Of a DNA stretch of 64,000 nucleotides, positions 25,938 through 39,779 are shown piece by piece (position 1 is the stretch's first letter; every line of letters begins with the position of its first letter). This stretch comes from Octopus sinensis. Lineage: Eukaryota. The stretch lies in contig NC_043015.1 in assembly GCF_006345805.1 (NCBI RefSeq), positions 12,214,001 to 12,278,000 of the forward strand, given 5' to 3'. Below the pieces are notes generated by a model. It did no database searches, was not told the origin of the DNA, and was given only the letters and a program-made list of their open reading frames with translations. The translations under genes were made by a program, and so were the position numbers.

Positions 25938-26265
25938 AGATCTTTTCTGGGTACTTTTGGTAATCTCACCTCCATTAAAAAAATGCCATTAAAAATTGGG
26001 TTACCTCCCCACTAAAAAAATCGAGTTAACGTGGCGAAAAGAGATTGGATTAAAAGAGTTCAGTCCTTTTGATTCAATACTTCAACACATTGTTGACGCT
26101 TGGCCTCTTCAATAGGCATGGTATGATTTGTTAGAAAAATATTATCATAGGCGCAAGAGTGGCTGTGTGGTAAGTAGCTTGCTTACCAACCACATGATTC
26201 CAGGTTCGGGCCAACCAAAGCCTTGTGAGTGGATTTGGTAGACGGAAACTGAAAGAAGCCCGTCG

Positions 26266-26325
<60 letters not shown>

Positions 26326-27181
26326 TCCCCACCCCCACCAGCATCGCTTGACATCGCTTAGTGGCTCGGCAAAAGAGCACCGACAAAATAAGTACTAGGC
26401 TTACAAAGAATAGGTCCTGGGGTCGATTTGCTCGACTACAGGTGGTGCTCCAGCATGGCCAGTCAAATGACTAAAACAAGTAAAAGAGAGTAAAGAGATT
26501 CAAGACGATGTTTTATCTCTTCACTTTTTATGTTTATTAATTTTTCCTTTCTTTTTTTTTTTTTTGCTTTATTGAGGGTTAAACAACTTTTTTTTAGTTG
26601 AAGGAGACAACCAAAAGTACCGACATTGCTCGCTAAACGGGGTGAGATAGCCCAATTTTTTTATAGGGGTGAGATAAGCAAAATGTATCCTTTTCTGTTT
26701 GACTGCCAGTTTTCAAGATTCAACTTGGAAAACTACATTAATCCACCAAATTCTAAAATGTTCAATAAACTTTGAAATTTCCACAACCGCAGCCAAACAG
26801 AGAAAACCCTATGTATCTATTTCTTTACTACCCACAAGGGGCTAAACACAGAGAGGACAAACAAGGACAGACAAACGGATTAAGTCGATTATATCGACCT
26901 CAGAGCGTAACTGGTACTTATTTAATCGACCCCGAAAGGATGAAAGGCAAAGTCGACCTCGGCGGAATTTGAACTCGGAACGTAACGCATTTCGCCCGGC
27001 GTGCTAACGTTTCTGCCAGTTTGCCGCCTATGTATCTTTTATCTGTTTCAGTCATTCTACTACGGCCATGCAGGTACACCAACTCGCACTACTTTTAGTC
27101 GAAAGCCTGGTAAATATTCTATCGGTCTCGTTTTGCCGAACCGCTAATTTACGGGGACGTAAACAAACCAACAAACCAACA

Positions 27182-27365
27182 TGGTCTGGTTTTCACGTTT
27201 TTTATTATCGTATTTTTTTTTAAATTTACAATGTTGAAGTGTGTTAAACATTTAAAAAATATTTTGTAATGCTCATAAAGTTCAATTAGCGATTACGTTT
27301 AACACACTTCAACATTATAAAAGAAATTTTTTAATACAATAATGAAAAATGTGAAAACCAGGCCA
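27182..27365. mobile_element. Small MITE-like inverted-repeat element
   Basis: tggtctggttttcacgttttttattatcgtatt vs aatacaataatgaaaaatgtgaaaaccaggcca, plus inner aatgttgaagtgtgttaaac arms; TSD unclear. Confidence 0.5.
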
Positions 27366-27394
27366 CGTTTTAACTTTATTCAATTGATATATTA

Positions 27395-28400
27395 TTCTAT
27401 GCACATTTACACAAATTCGCTCCAATTCACATCAACTATCTCTAACACCTCAGGTAAACTTCATTGACATCTCTCTTACCATTAACCACCCCTCCCATTC
27501 TGTCACCACATCCGCCTTCTTCAAACCCACAAATTCCCACCTCAACCTCAACTTCTCCTCCTCCTATCCCTTCCACACTAAAAGAGCCATCTCCTACTCC
27601 CAGTTCCTCCGCCTCCGACGCTTGTGCAGCCGGGACCAGGATTTTGAGACCGAGTCCCAGTACCTTGCCCGCCTGTTCAGGCATTGAGGATACCCCTCAG
27701 CACTTGTCCAAACTGCCCTTGCCCGCGCTCGTCGAATCGACCGCACCACCGCCCTTTCTCCTTCTCAACACTAACTCCCTAACCGCACCCCTTTCCTCTC
27801 CTTTTCCATCCCTCCACCCTACACCATCGTCAGAGGATCCTATGGGCCTTCCGTCGTCTCCAGCTCGATCTCACCACCCGCCCCATTTTCCCCAACCCAC
27901 CCTTGTCCTTTAAACGCGCCCGGAACCTACGCAATCTTCTGGTCCATAGCACCTTCTCTTCCCCCAGCCCCAGCCGGATCCTCCCTGTGCTCCAGATCCC
28001 GCTGCCACACCTGCCCCTTCATCACCAACACTACTTCTCTCACTGGTTCCAATCAGCACACTCTTCGCATAACAAATTCCTTCTCTTGCACCTCTTCTAG
28101 CCTCATATACTGTATTAGATGCAACCTCTGTGGTAAACTATAAGTAGCTGGCCGATCGGTTCACCGAAAATCTAAGGGATTTTTGGCTACGTTCGAACAC
28201 CCCCGTCGCCCGTCACTTCCACTTGGCCAACTACACCCCCTCTAACATCTCTGTCTTTGGCTTCGCTTTACACCACGGATACACACACACTCGCAACTCC
28301 TCCTGGAACAGCGTTATATTTTTAATCTACGAACAACTATCCCCCTCGGACTAAACACAACCCCCTCCTCCTATTGACTGCCTCTACACCTCCTGCAACA
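27395..28400 (+). mobile_element. Penelope-like retroelement relic (RT C-terminus and GIY-YIG endonuclease)
   Basis: Frame-shifted translation: FKPTNSHLNLNFSSSYPFHTKRAISYSQFLRLRRLCSRDQDFE...GYP, then FSCTSSSLIYCIRCNLCGKL and HPVARHF. Confidence 0.85.
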
Positions 28401-28509
28401 AAGCAACCTTATTTCATTTTTCATTTTTTATTTTTAATTGCACCATTTTATATTGCATTAATTTCTTCTTTATCCCCTTTCAACCTTATTTTTTATAATT
28501 TATTATAAT

Positions 28510-28920
28510 TTTTATTTCTATATACACGCACACATACGTACATATCCACACACACGAAAAAACACACGCACCCGTGCACACATGAACGCGCATATACCTC
28601 CCACACACACCATACACATACAACAGACATATATGCACATATATACACACACACATACATACACACACACAACCCCACGCACACAGACACACATACCTAT
28701 ACATACACACACACACACACACACATACCTATACATACACACACACAAACGTACACACGACCACATATACATACTCAAGCACACGCGCATACACGCAGCA
28801 AAACGCACGCATAACTCGACAGACATCTCCACGTTCACACACATATACACACGCACGCACATACACACATGCACATACCTACATACAGACACACGCACAC
28901 ACACATATATACACACACGC
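28510..28920. repeat. Degenerate (CA)/(TACA)-rich low-complexity tract
   Basis: Read directly from the sequence; source of several spurious ORFs. Confidence 0.9.
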
Positions 28921-31900
28921 TCATAAAGGTCAATCTGTCTCAGGCGAGCTGCTAGATAAGAGAGTGAGTAAGAGAAAGTAGAAGTTCGCCATTACCTTCT
29001 GTCGGAGACGCGTAGAGCTTAGATGATTCGCTCATAAACACACACATTCGAACCCGTGATACCTGACCGCGAGTCCGCTTCTCTAACCACTAGGCTATGT
29101 GCCTCCACTAAAAACAGCCAATTAGACTGGATTAAATATATATTTCTTTATTGCCCACAAGGAGCTAAACACAGAGGGGACAAACAAGGACAGATAAAGG
29201 GGTTAAGCGATTACATCGACCCCAGTGCGTAACAGGTACTTTATTTATCGACCCCGAAAGGATGAAAGGCAAAGTCGACCTCGCGGAATTTGAACTCAGA
29301 ACGTAGCAGCAGACGAAATACCTATTTCTTTATTACCCACAAGGGGCTAAACACAGAGGGGACAAACAAGGACAGACATAGGTATTAAGTCGATTATATC
29401 GACCCCAGTGCGTAACTGGTACTTAATTTATCGACCCCGAAAGGATGAAAGGCAAAGTCGACCTCGCGGAATTTGAACTCAGAACGTAGCGGCAGACGAC
29501 GTACCTATTTCTTTACTACCCACAAGGGGCTAAACACAGAGTGGACAAACAAGGACAGACATAGGTATTAAGTTGATTACATCGACCCCAGTGCGTAACT
29601 GGTACTTAATTTATCGACCCCGAAAGGATGAAAGGCAAAGTCGACCTCGGCGGAATTTGAACTCAGAACGTAGCGGCAGACGAAATACCGCTAAGCATTT
29701 CACCCGGCGTGCTAACGTTTCTGCCAGCTGGCCGATTAAATATAGCGAATTTACCTGACCCATATTAAGATAAATACAGTTGCCTCCCTTGCATCCAGTA
29801 TCTAGATTGGCTCAAAAGCTTTTAAAAATCCAATAGGACACTAGATACCAGCTCAATAAGCACGAAAGGCGAATGGCAAAATCATTAGAGTAATAAACAG
29901 AAAGGCACTGTAGTGTCTGGTTATAACTTCTGACGTACACCTGACGTTCAAATGCACCCAAGTTCAATTTTAGCTGTTTGTGTGTCTGTGTTTGTCCCCC
30001 TCACCCAACATTGTTTGACAACCGATGCTGGTGTGTTTACGTCCCCGTCAGCTAGTGGTTTGGCAAAAGAAATCGATGGAATAAGTGCTAGGCTTACAAA
30101 GAATAAGCCCTGGGGTCGATTTGTTCGACTAAAGGTGGTGCTCCAGCAAGGCCACAGTCAAATGACTGAAAACAAATAAAAGAAAAAAAATCACTCACTC
30201 CCATCTTAAATAAGGGTTTATTCTCTGATATACCGTTAATGTATGTGTATATGTGTGTATGTGTGTGTGTATGCGTGTGTGTGTATGTGTGTGTGTGTAT
30301 GTGTGTGTGCGTGCGTGCTAGCATGTGTGTGAGTTTTTACCGTATCCATGAGCATAGCAAACAAATACCAGTATGTTAATACCTTGTGGAGGTGCATGGC
30401 TTAATGGTTAGGATGTTAGATTCATAATCGTAAGATTGTGGTTCCGATCCCTGGACCAAGAGATGAGTAGTGTTATTTAGCGAAACACTACATTTCACAT
30501 TGCTCCAGTCCACTCAGCTAGCAAAATGAGTATTCCTGGGACGGACAGCGGGAAATATATACACCACAGAAACCAGGAAACTAGCTGTATGAGTCTAAAT
30601 GATCAGGAAGGTTTATCCTTAAATACCTTGTAACACAAATTCTTGATTTATTTGAATTATTTCTACCTCTAGCGGGTGTATCATTAATTACCAAATGGCA
30701 ATTATGACCAGCTCCACTTAAGAAGGGGAAATAGATTCAAGAATTTGTAGTGGGACCAATTTTTATTATGGCATAGTGAAAACATTTGATTTATATAGGC
30801 TTTTAGCAGTTGGTTAGCATGTTCTGGCCCTGGTATACTCTTTACTCTCTCTTTTACTCTTTTACTTGTTTCAGTCATTTGACTGCGGCCATGCTGGAGC
30901 ACCACCTTTAATCGAGCAACTCGACCCTTTTGTAAGCCCAGTACTTATTCTATCGGTCTCTTTTGCCGAACCGCTAAGTAACGGGGACATAAACACACCA
31001 GCATCGGTTATCAAGCAATGCTAGGGGGACAAACACAAACACACAAACACACACACGCATATATATATACATATATACGACGGGCTTCTTTCAGTTTCCG
31101 TCTACCAAATGCACTCACAAGGCTTTGGTCGGCCCGAGGCTATAGTAGAAGACACTTGCCCAAGGTGCCACGCAGTGGGACTGAACCCGGAAACAAGCTA
31201 CTTACCACACAGCCACTCCTGCGCCTATCATCATCATCATCATCATTTAGCGTCCGCTTTCCATGCTAGCATGGATTGGACGGTTCAACTGGGGTCTGTG
31301 AAGCCAGAAGGCTGCACCAGGCCCAGTCTGATCTGGCAATGTTTCTACGGCTGGATGCCCTTCCTAACACCAACCACTCCGTGAGTGTAGTGGGTGCTTT
31401 TTATGTGCCAGATGGGGCTGGCAAATGGCCATGGTTGGATGGTGCTTTTTATGTGCCACCGGCACTGGGGCCAGGCGAGGCTGGCAACGGCCATGATCGG
31501 TTGGTGCTTTTTACGTGCCACCGGCACAGAGGCCTGTCGGGGGGGCGCTGGCAACGGCCACATTAGGATAGTTCGCTTAGGTGCCATCGGCACTGGTATC
31601 ACAGCTACAATTTCCATTGATGTTGATCGATTTCGATTTTGATTCTGATTCTCACTTGCCTCAACAGGTCTTCACAAGTAGAGTTTTGTGTCCCAAGAAG
31701 GAAAGGTATGCATAAGTGGACAGGCTACATCCCAGGGTTCCAATGAGTCATGAAGAAACAGTGGAAAGAAATACAAGAAAACAAGTTGCAATTAACTATT
31801 ATGTTTTATTCAACCACTAAAGGAATTGGTACAGGAACTGTGGGTACATTGTGAATGATACTAGTTGAAGAAAATATATATATTTGTTTCTCAATCAGTT

Positions 31901-32702
31901 GGAACTTGTCTATGTGTGTTGGACAGACAGGAACAGAAGTACGCGACATCCTTTCTTGCTAGACTCTCATATCCCCTTTGCTTATAGGTGCATGATAAAA
32001 CAGGAACACACATAACTCGTCAAGGCTAGCTGCAAATATCTCCCCTCTCTCTGCAAAGATTCCCACCTCACTGGTGAAAATAGGTAAGATCCTTCTACTT
32101 AAAGATGATTAAGGGCTCCAGCAAACAAACATATTTTGCTGCTTGACAAGATCACTCAACCAGCTAAAATCTCCTTCAAATCATGCCCTACATTAAAAAA
32201 AAAGATAGCCAGGCCAGTCAACCAAAACAACCTTTATGCAGTCAATTGACCTGTTTGTTTTAATCACAAAATCTTCAAATCGTATCCTATTACCCTAAAG
32301 ACTAGAATTCATTAAACAAGACATGGCTGTGTATCAAGAAACTTGCTTTGCAACCATGTGGTATTAAATTCAGTCCTACAGCATGACACTTTAGGCAAAT
32401 GTCTTCAAATTTAGCCCAGGGCTTACAAATGCCAGCAAAAGAGACTGATATAATTGGTCTCAAGCTTAAAATTAAATACTGGGGTTGAATTGTTTGACTC
32501 CAGCATGGCTGCAGTCAAATGACTGAAATAAGTAAAAAATATACATACAGGCATGACCATGTCATAAGAAGCTTGCTTCGCAACCACATGGTTTCAGGTT
32601 CAGCCCCACTGCATGGCACCTTCAGCAAGTGTCTTCTATAGCCTCAGGCCAACCAAAGCCTTATGAGTATATTTGATAGTTGGAAACTGAAATAAGCCTG
32701 TC

Positions 32703-32746
<44 letters not shown>

Positions 32747-32919
32747 GTATATGTGTTTGCCACCTGCCATCACTTAACAACTAATGCTGGTGTGTTTATG
32801 TCTCCGTATTAGGCTTACAAAGAATAAGTCCTGGGATCGATTTCTTTGACTAAAACCATTTAAGGTGGTGCTCCAACAACATGGCCACAGTCAAATGACT
32901 GAAACAAGTATATATATAT

Positions 32920-35510
32920 ATAAATCTGTGGATGGTGCAAAGTCCCCTCTTAACCCAAAGTAATGTCGTGGTGGAACAATGTAGTTGACAGGGTCATTAG
33001 GGAAAAGAAACAGGCATGGAGGTACTGGAAGAATGGCGGTAGCAGGGAATTGTATCAGACTGCCACAAGGGAAGCTAGGAGACAGGTTTATTTAGCCAGA
33101 GGAGAAGCATATAAGAAAAAATTTGCCAATGTCCTGCATTGTGAGGACCGAAAACTTGAGGTGTTTCGTGTTGCAAGACAGTGCATGAGAGAGAATTGTG
33201 ATGACATAGGAGAGAAATGTGTCTGCATGTATGACAGTTCACTTGTATTTAATGAGGCTGCAAGGAGTGAGACTTGGAGACGTCCATATGAAAGGTTTCT
33301 AAATGAAGAGAATGAATGGGAGAAAGAGAGTTTGCCAAATGTTGAACCAACAGAGGGACCAGCTATCTGAATTGAGAGTACCTTGGTAGATAAAGCAATT
33401 AAGGGTATGAAGACAGGGAAAGCCTCTGGCCCATCAGCAATCACCACAGAGATACTTAAGATATCTGACAGTGTCGGCTATAGTCTAGTCACCCATATAG
33501 TCAACTAGGTGATACATGGAATCATACCCAATGACCAGTGTAGACACCTGCTACAAAGGTAAAAGTGACACATTAGATACAAATAATTACAGAGGTATCA
33601 AGTTGTTGGATCAAGTAATGAAAGTCATAGCCCAACTAATTAGAGAGAGAGTTAGTTTAGATGAGATGCAGTTTGGGTTTGTGCCAGGGAAAACACCACT
33701 GATGCTATATTTCTGGTAAGACAGCTGCAGGAGAAATACCTAGCCAAAGATAAACCTCCGTACATGGCTTTCATTGGCATGGAGAAAGCCTTTGACAGGG
33801 TTCTCTGATCACTTATCTGGTGGTCAATGAGGAAACTAGGGATAGATGAATGGTTAGTGAGGGCTGTACAAGCCATGTACAGGGATGCTGTCAGTAAGGT
33901 GATGGTTGGCAACGAGTACAGTGACAAATACCAGGTAGGGGTAGAGGTCCACCAAGGATCAGTCCTCAGCCCATCTTATTCATCATAGTCCTCCAGGCAA
34001 TAACAGAGGAATTCAAGACAAGGGTGCCCCTGGGAGTTTCTCTATTATAATGACCTTGCTCTAATTGCTGAGTCCCTATCAGAACTAGAGGAGAAGTTTC
34101 AGGTGTGGAAGCAAGGATTAGAATCGAAGGGCCTTAGAGTCAACCTAGCAAAAACCAAAGTCTTAATAAGTAGGAAGGCAGACAAACCACAAATCCCTTC
34201 AGGTAGATGGCCCTGCTCAATCTGTAGCAAAGGCATAGGTAGAAACTCCATAAGATGTACCCAATGTAAGCTATGGACACATACAAGGTGCAGCAATATC
34301 AAAGGAAGGCTAACTGGGAAGATAGTTTTTGTGTGTGGCAAATGCTCAGGAGCAACAAACACTGAAAATGTGCAGAGAAAAGCTTCCATCACATTCCAGG
34401 GGGAAAAACAAGTAGTTGATAGCTTCTGTTACCTAGGTGACCAAGTCAGTAGCGGGGGTGGATGCTCTAAAAGTGTAGCTGCTAGAGTAAGGATAGCCTG
34501 GGCAAAGTTCAGAGAGCTCCTACCTTTGCTGACAAAGGGCTTCTCAATCAGAGTAAAAGATAGATTGTATGACGCATGTGTGTGAACAGCCACGCTACAT
34601 GGCAGTGAAACATGGGCCATGACTGCTGAGGACATGCGTAAACTTGCAAGGAATGAAGCCAGTATGCTCCACTGGATGTGTAATGTCAGTGTGCATACAC
34701 GACAGTGTAACTGCCCTGAGAGAAAAGTTGGACTTAAGAAGCATCAGATGTGGTGTGCAAGAGAGATGACTGCGATGGTATGGTCATATGTTGTAAATGG
34801 ATGAGGACAGCTGTGTGAAAAAGTGTCACACCTTAGCAGTTGAGGGAACCTGTGGAAGAGGTGGTGAAGCACTATCTTCGAACATTGGGCCTCACAAAGG
34901 CAATGGCAAGTGATAGAGAGCTTTGGAGATATGCTGTGCTTGAGAAAACCCAGCAAACCAAGTGAGATCATAACCATGGTCTATGCCAGTGCTGTATAAC
35001 CAGCCCATCTAAAAGTACCCTTCAATCATTGGGCAATAAACTATACTTGCGAAAACCTGTTGAGGCAAGTGAAATCATTGTCATGGCAGATGACAGTACC
35101 GCCTGATTGGCACCCATGCCAGTGGAACATTTAAAGCACCATTTGAGCATGATCGTTGCCAGGGCCGCTGACTGGCTCCCGTGCCAGTGGCACATAAAAA
35201 AGCACCATTCAAGCATGGTCGTTGCCAGTGCCAACAGACTGGCTCCTGTGCAGGTGGCACATAAAAAGCATCATTTGAGTGTGGCCAATGCCAGGACCAC
35301 CTGACTGGCCCTCATGCTGGTGGCACGTAAAAGCACCCACTACACTCTCGGAGTGGTTGGCCTTAGGAAGGGGATCCAGGTGTAGAAACTTTGCCAGATC
35401 AGATAAGAAACTGGTGCAGCCTTCTGGTTCGCCAGCCCTCAGTCAAACCGTCCAACCCATGCCAGCATGGAAAACAGAAGTTAAACGATGATGATGATGA
35501 TGATGATATA
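32920..35510 (+). mobile_element. RTE-clade LINE, 5'-truncated and degenerate, with a repeat-array 3' tail ending in (GAT)n
   Basis: RT motifs (NYRGIKLL, QFGFVPG, HQGSVLSP, GLRVNLAKTKV, zinc-finger-like WPCSICSKG, FCYLGD); tail with repeated TGGCACGTAAAAAGCACC units. Confidence 0.88.
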
Positions 35511-36108
35511 TAGGTGCAGGCGTAGCTGTGTGGTAAGAAGTTTGCTTCCAGCCACACAGTCCTAGATTTATCCTAGTGTGGTACCTTGGTCAAGTGTCTT
35601 CTGTTATAGCTCTGGATCAACCAAAGCTTTACGAGTGGGCCGGAGAGGTGGAAACTGAAGAAGCCCATCATATATGTATATATATATATGTCTTTGTGTT
35701 TGTCCCTACCACTCCTTGATAACTGGTGTTAGTTGGTTTACATCCCAGCAAAAGATACCAACAGAACAAGCACCAGGCTTAAAAAAAGAAAATGCTAGGG
35801 TTGTTCTGTTCAACAAAAACCTTTCATGAAGGGGCCTTGACATGTCTGCTGTCAAATAACAGAAACAAGATAAAAAGATACACACATACAGATGCAGATA
35901 TATTAAATATTATACAACATACATTCTTGCTTTATTAAAACTCTCTGCCTCTAGAGAATGTGTTTTAATGACCAAATAATTTCAAGGATCAAGAATTCTC
36001 CATAGTTGACATACTATTAAGGGAAGGGACAAATTCAGTGTCTGAGATAACCTATGTGATCTGCTCTTTTCATTTATGTCAATGTCCCTTAGCTGCCAAG
36101 ACAATCTA

Positions 36109-36165
36109 GGACAATTGTTGCCTGATGATGCTTACTATGACAGAAACTCAAGTCCACAACTGTCC
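36109..36165 (+). ncRNA. Degenerate type I hammerhead-like motif
   Basis: CUGAUGA-ugcUUACUAUgaca-GAAAC-UCAA-GUC; GUUG/CAAC and GGACA/UGUCC stem I; stem II is damaged. Confidence 0.5.
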
Positions 36166-37229
36166 TCTCGCCCCCAGACAGTAAATTAGTCGTTTGTTTT
36201 AATAGCCGGTCAACTTTTGGGAATTCTTGTTTCTTGAGATTACCTCCCTTCCTTAAATGGATCTAGTCTGAACTGCTCTTTGGTTATTGAGTTACATCCT
36301 CTAGAGGCAGAGAGTTTTAATAAGTGAAGCATGTACACCACCTTTCAAGGGTTTCGTCAACGATATCAGCTCTAGTACTTTGGTACTTATTTTATAATTC
36401 CTGTAAGATATGAAACATTGTGATTAGCCCGAAGGGAGACAATTCTGTCAGACTTCAGATTTAAATACTAATAAACACAGATGCATTCCATACATTCGCT
36501 TTATAATTTATTTTCATTCATTTTATTATTGTACTTCTGTTGTATTGAGTTTCACTTTATTCAGTCCCACAAAATAAAGCTCAAAGGCAGTTTGGAAAAT
36601 TTGTTCAGTCTAAGAATTTCTTTGGTAATGAATAAACAAGTACCATCCATTGATCTATATTTCTTTTTAGGCAAGTTTACAATGTATAAAGTATGTATCT
36701 AATAATCTAGGTTATCTTTTATTTCTGACTCAAAATTTTAGCACCCCCACCAAAAAAAAAAAAAAAAAAAAGAAAAAAGAGAAAGAAGGCTAACTCACAA
36801 GATAGCTAATTTATTCATTTTACTTGATTATATCCAACCTACATTTACTTTTAGGTAACACAGTTGTATTTCACTGCTTCAGGAAAAAATAGGGGACAAG
36901 AACACTGAACCCAAGCAGGATAGATGGTTCGTTGAAAATCACACAAGCTAGTAACAGTGACTGCACCTCAAATCAGAGGGTCTCTTGTCATTTAACTAAA
37001 ACCAAGGATGACAGCATATGAATTCAAATGACCCAGTTTGCTGAAGGTTATTGGAGTAGAATGTGGTAAGTCATGGAGTGCCCTGATCCTAACTCTGTGG
37101 TAACTTCTTTGCTCTTTATTTTGAGAACTAAACTTTCAGCTTATTTCAATACCTTGTATATTTTATATAGTTTCTCATCCTAACTCCCTTGTTTAATATA
37201 CAAGAGGAAGTCAAATATTATCTGCACTT

Positions 37230-37545
37230 TTAAAACGATAAACGTCACCCTTTTCAAGCCTAGCCAGGCTCATGGGCCCGGTTTCTGTGGTGTATGTGTT
37301 CTCCCCCAGCTGGACGGGACACCAGTCCATCACAGCATTACTTGAGAAACAGGAAGAGAGAATAAGAAAAAGTTGTGGCAAAAGATTACAACAGGGGTCA
37401 CCACCACCCCCTGCCAGAGCCTCATGGAGCTTCTAAGTGTTTTCACTCAACAAACACAAACAACGCCCAGTCTGGGAATCAAAACCGCGATCCTCCAACC
37501 AGAAGTCCACTGCCCTAACCACTGGGCCATTGTGCCTCTATCTGC
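37230..37545 (-). repeat. tRNA-derived SINE family C (second copy at 2312-2612)
   Basis: Minus-strand head GGCACAATGGCCCAGTGGTTAGGGCAG...GGTTTTGATTCCC; the two copies are clearly homologous. Confidence 0.75.
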
Positions 37546-37586
37546 ACTTTTGCCATATCTTTATTATTGTCACACTGCCTTCTGTA

Positions 37587-38106
37587 CATGAGTGCTTATA
37601 GTCGGTACTATTGTGGTCACATGAACGGCATTTGAACCTGATTGCACCATTTTTCTTTCTGGCTTTGCAGTGTAACCATGGCCACTCCACTAGCAATGTG
37701 CACCAAAGAAGAACAAAGAGCAGTGATCCGAGATGGTAATGGTGAACTGGTTCACCATTACCATCTCTCGAGCTTGCTGAATCTTCTCATCAGTGGTAGG
37801 GGTTGACGGGCGTCCTGCTCTCTCTTTGTGCATCATGCTTGTCCAGTCGCTTTTAAACTTCTAGATCCACTCATACACACTTCTACACAGTAGTGCACTG
37901 TCCCTATATTGTACTAAAAGCCTCCAATGAATTTCAGCACCTGATATCTTTCGACCAGAGAAATTGCATCACTGCTCTTTTTACTTCTTTGGTGTACATT
38001 GCTAGTGGGGCAGCCATGCTTACACTGTAAAACCAGAAAGAAAAATGGCGTGATCAGGCTCACTTCAATCACATGACCACAATAGTACCAACTATAAGCA
38101 CGCATG
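37587..38106. mobile_element. Palindromic mariner-derived element made of two 5' ends
   Basis: 37587-37730 is an inverted copy of about 37965-38106; TA on both sides; the minus strand reads a degenerate mariner N-terminus (MAAPLAMYTKEVKRAVMQFLWS); 18-bp fold-back at 37730-37767. Confidence 0.75.
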
Positions 38107-39707
38107 TACAAAAAGAAAAGTTTCCAGAGAGCAGATTAGCAAACTTCTTAAGCAGCAGTTAACAGGGCAATTGTCAACAACATGTTGCATTCCACTCTGA
38201 AAAGAGCCATTAGAGAACTGATAGGATATAGCAAACCCTTAGCAATAAAAAAAAATATACTTGTGCAGGGAGCTTGTTAGTAGATTATAAGAGACAATTA
38301 GACAATTATATAGAGACTGGATTGCTTCAATGTACAGCAGCATATATTTGGTGGCCTGATTAAATGTCCACCTATTGAAACAGTTCTGAATTGCACATCC
38401 AACATGTCAAATATGTCCTCTCTCATTGGTTCTGTATCTTTTGAGCTATTGCTGCTAAAGCTAAGAGTTGATGGATGTTTCACTAACACTGGAATACTGT
38501 AAAGCCATGGCAGCAATACAAGTGTAAACATTAACCTGGATAAGTCAATAGACTTACAGCAGTCTAACACTCAGAGAAGCAAGTGCAAGCAGGCTAGCAC
38601 TGTAGCTTATAGGACTGAGGGTTCTGAAAAAATTGTTAAGATGCTTGAGGTCAAGTTCAGGCTAGACTGCCAGGTGAATAGGTACTGACCACTTGCTGAA
38701 ATTAACTCCCCACCCCAGAAAATTTCTGGCCTCATGTCTACATCGAAAACGATTGGCCTCCGTGCCGGTGGCACGTAAAAAGCACCATCTGATCATGGCC
38801 GTTTGCCAGCCTCGTCTGGCACCTGTGCCGGTGGCATGTAAAAAGCACCCACTACACTCACAGTGGTTGGCAATAGGAAGGGTATCCAGCCGTAGAAACA
38901 TTGTCAGATCAGACTGGGTCTGGTGCAGCTTTCTGGCTTCCCAGACCCCAGTTACACCGTTCAACCCATGCCAGCATGGAAAGCGGACGTTAAACGATGA
39001 TGATGATGATAAGGAGCTAAGCAGACAGAATCATTAGCACACCAAGCAAAATGCACAGCAGCATTTCATTCATCTTCACGTTCTGAATTCAAATTCCGGC
39101 GAGGTTGACTTCGTCTTTCATCCTTTCAGGATTGATAAAATAAGTACCAGTTGAACACTGGAGTTGATGTAATCAACGTAGTCCCTTCCCCGAAATTACT
39201 GGCCTTGTACCTAACTTTGAAACCCATATTATTATTATTATTATTATATTATTATTATTGATTATGACGTGACCATTTAAAAAACAAAACAACCAAAACA
39301 GAAAAAGGGAAACAAAACCTCAACACTTCCATTTCTTACATTTATTATTAATAATAATCTTTGTTATTATTGTTCTTGTTGATGTCATTTAAGAATTTGA
39401 TGAACATTTCCAGAAGATAGATTTTTTTTTTATATATGTTAATTTTTTTCAATTACATTTTTTTTTTACAGAGATTAATTTTTTATTAATTTATTATGTG
39501 TGAATATATATATATATATACACACATGTGGATGAAAGTATGTGTGCACACATTATATATATAACGTATGTATATATGTGTGTGGGTTCATGTAAGTAAA
39601 TATAAATATTTATAAACATGTATGTAATTATATATCTGTATGACATATTTATACACACCTTCATACATATATGCATTTATATATATATACACACACGCAC
39701 ACACATA

Positions 39708-39759
<52 letters not shown>

Positions 39760-39779
39760 TATGTTGCAGTTTCATTTTT

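Noticed and set aside
27464-27913. 149-aa Pro/Ser-rich ORF
   Set aside because: Off-frame reading of the Penelope RT relic.
31390-31570. CRISPR-like repeats (TGGCACGTAAAAAGCACC with variable spacers; also at 35100-35340, 38750-38860, 41270-41350)
   Set aside because: Eukaryotic context, no cas genes, and the spacers resemble each other; these are the tandem 3'-tail units of the RTE family.
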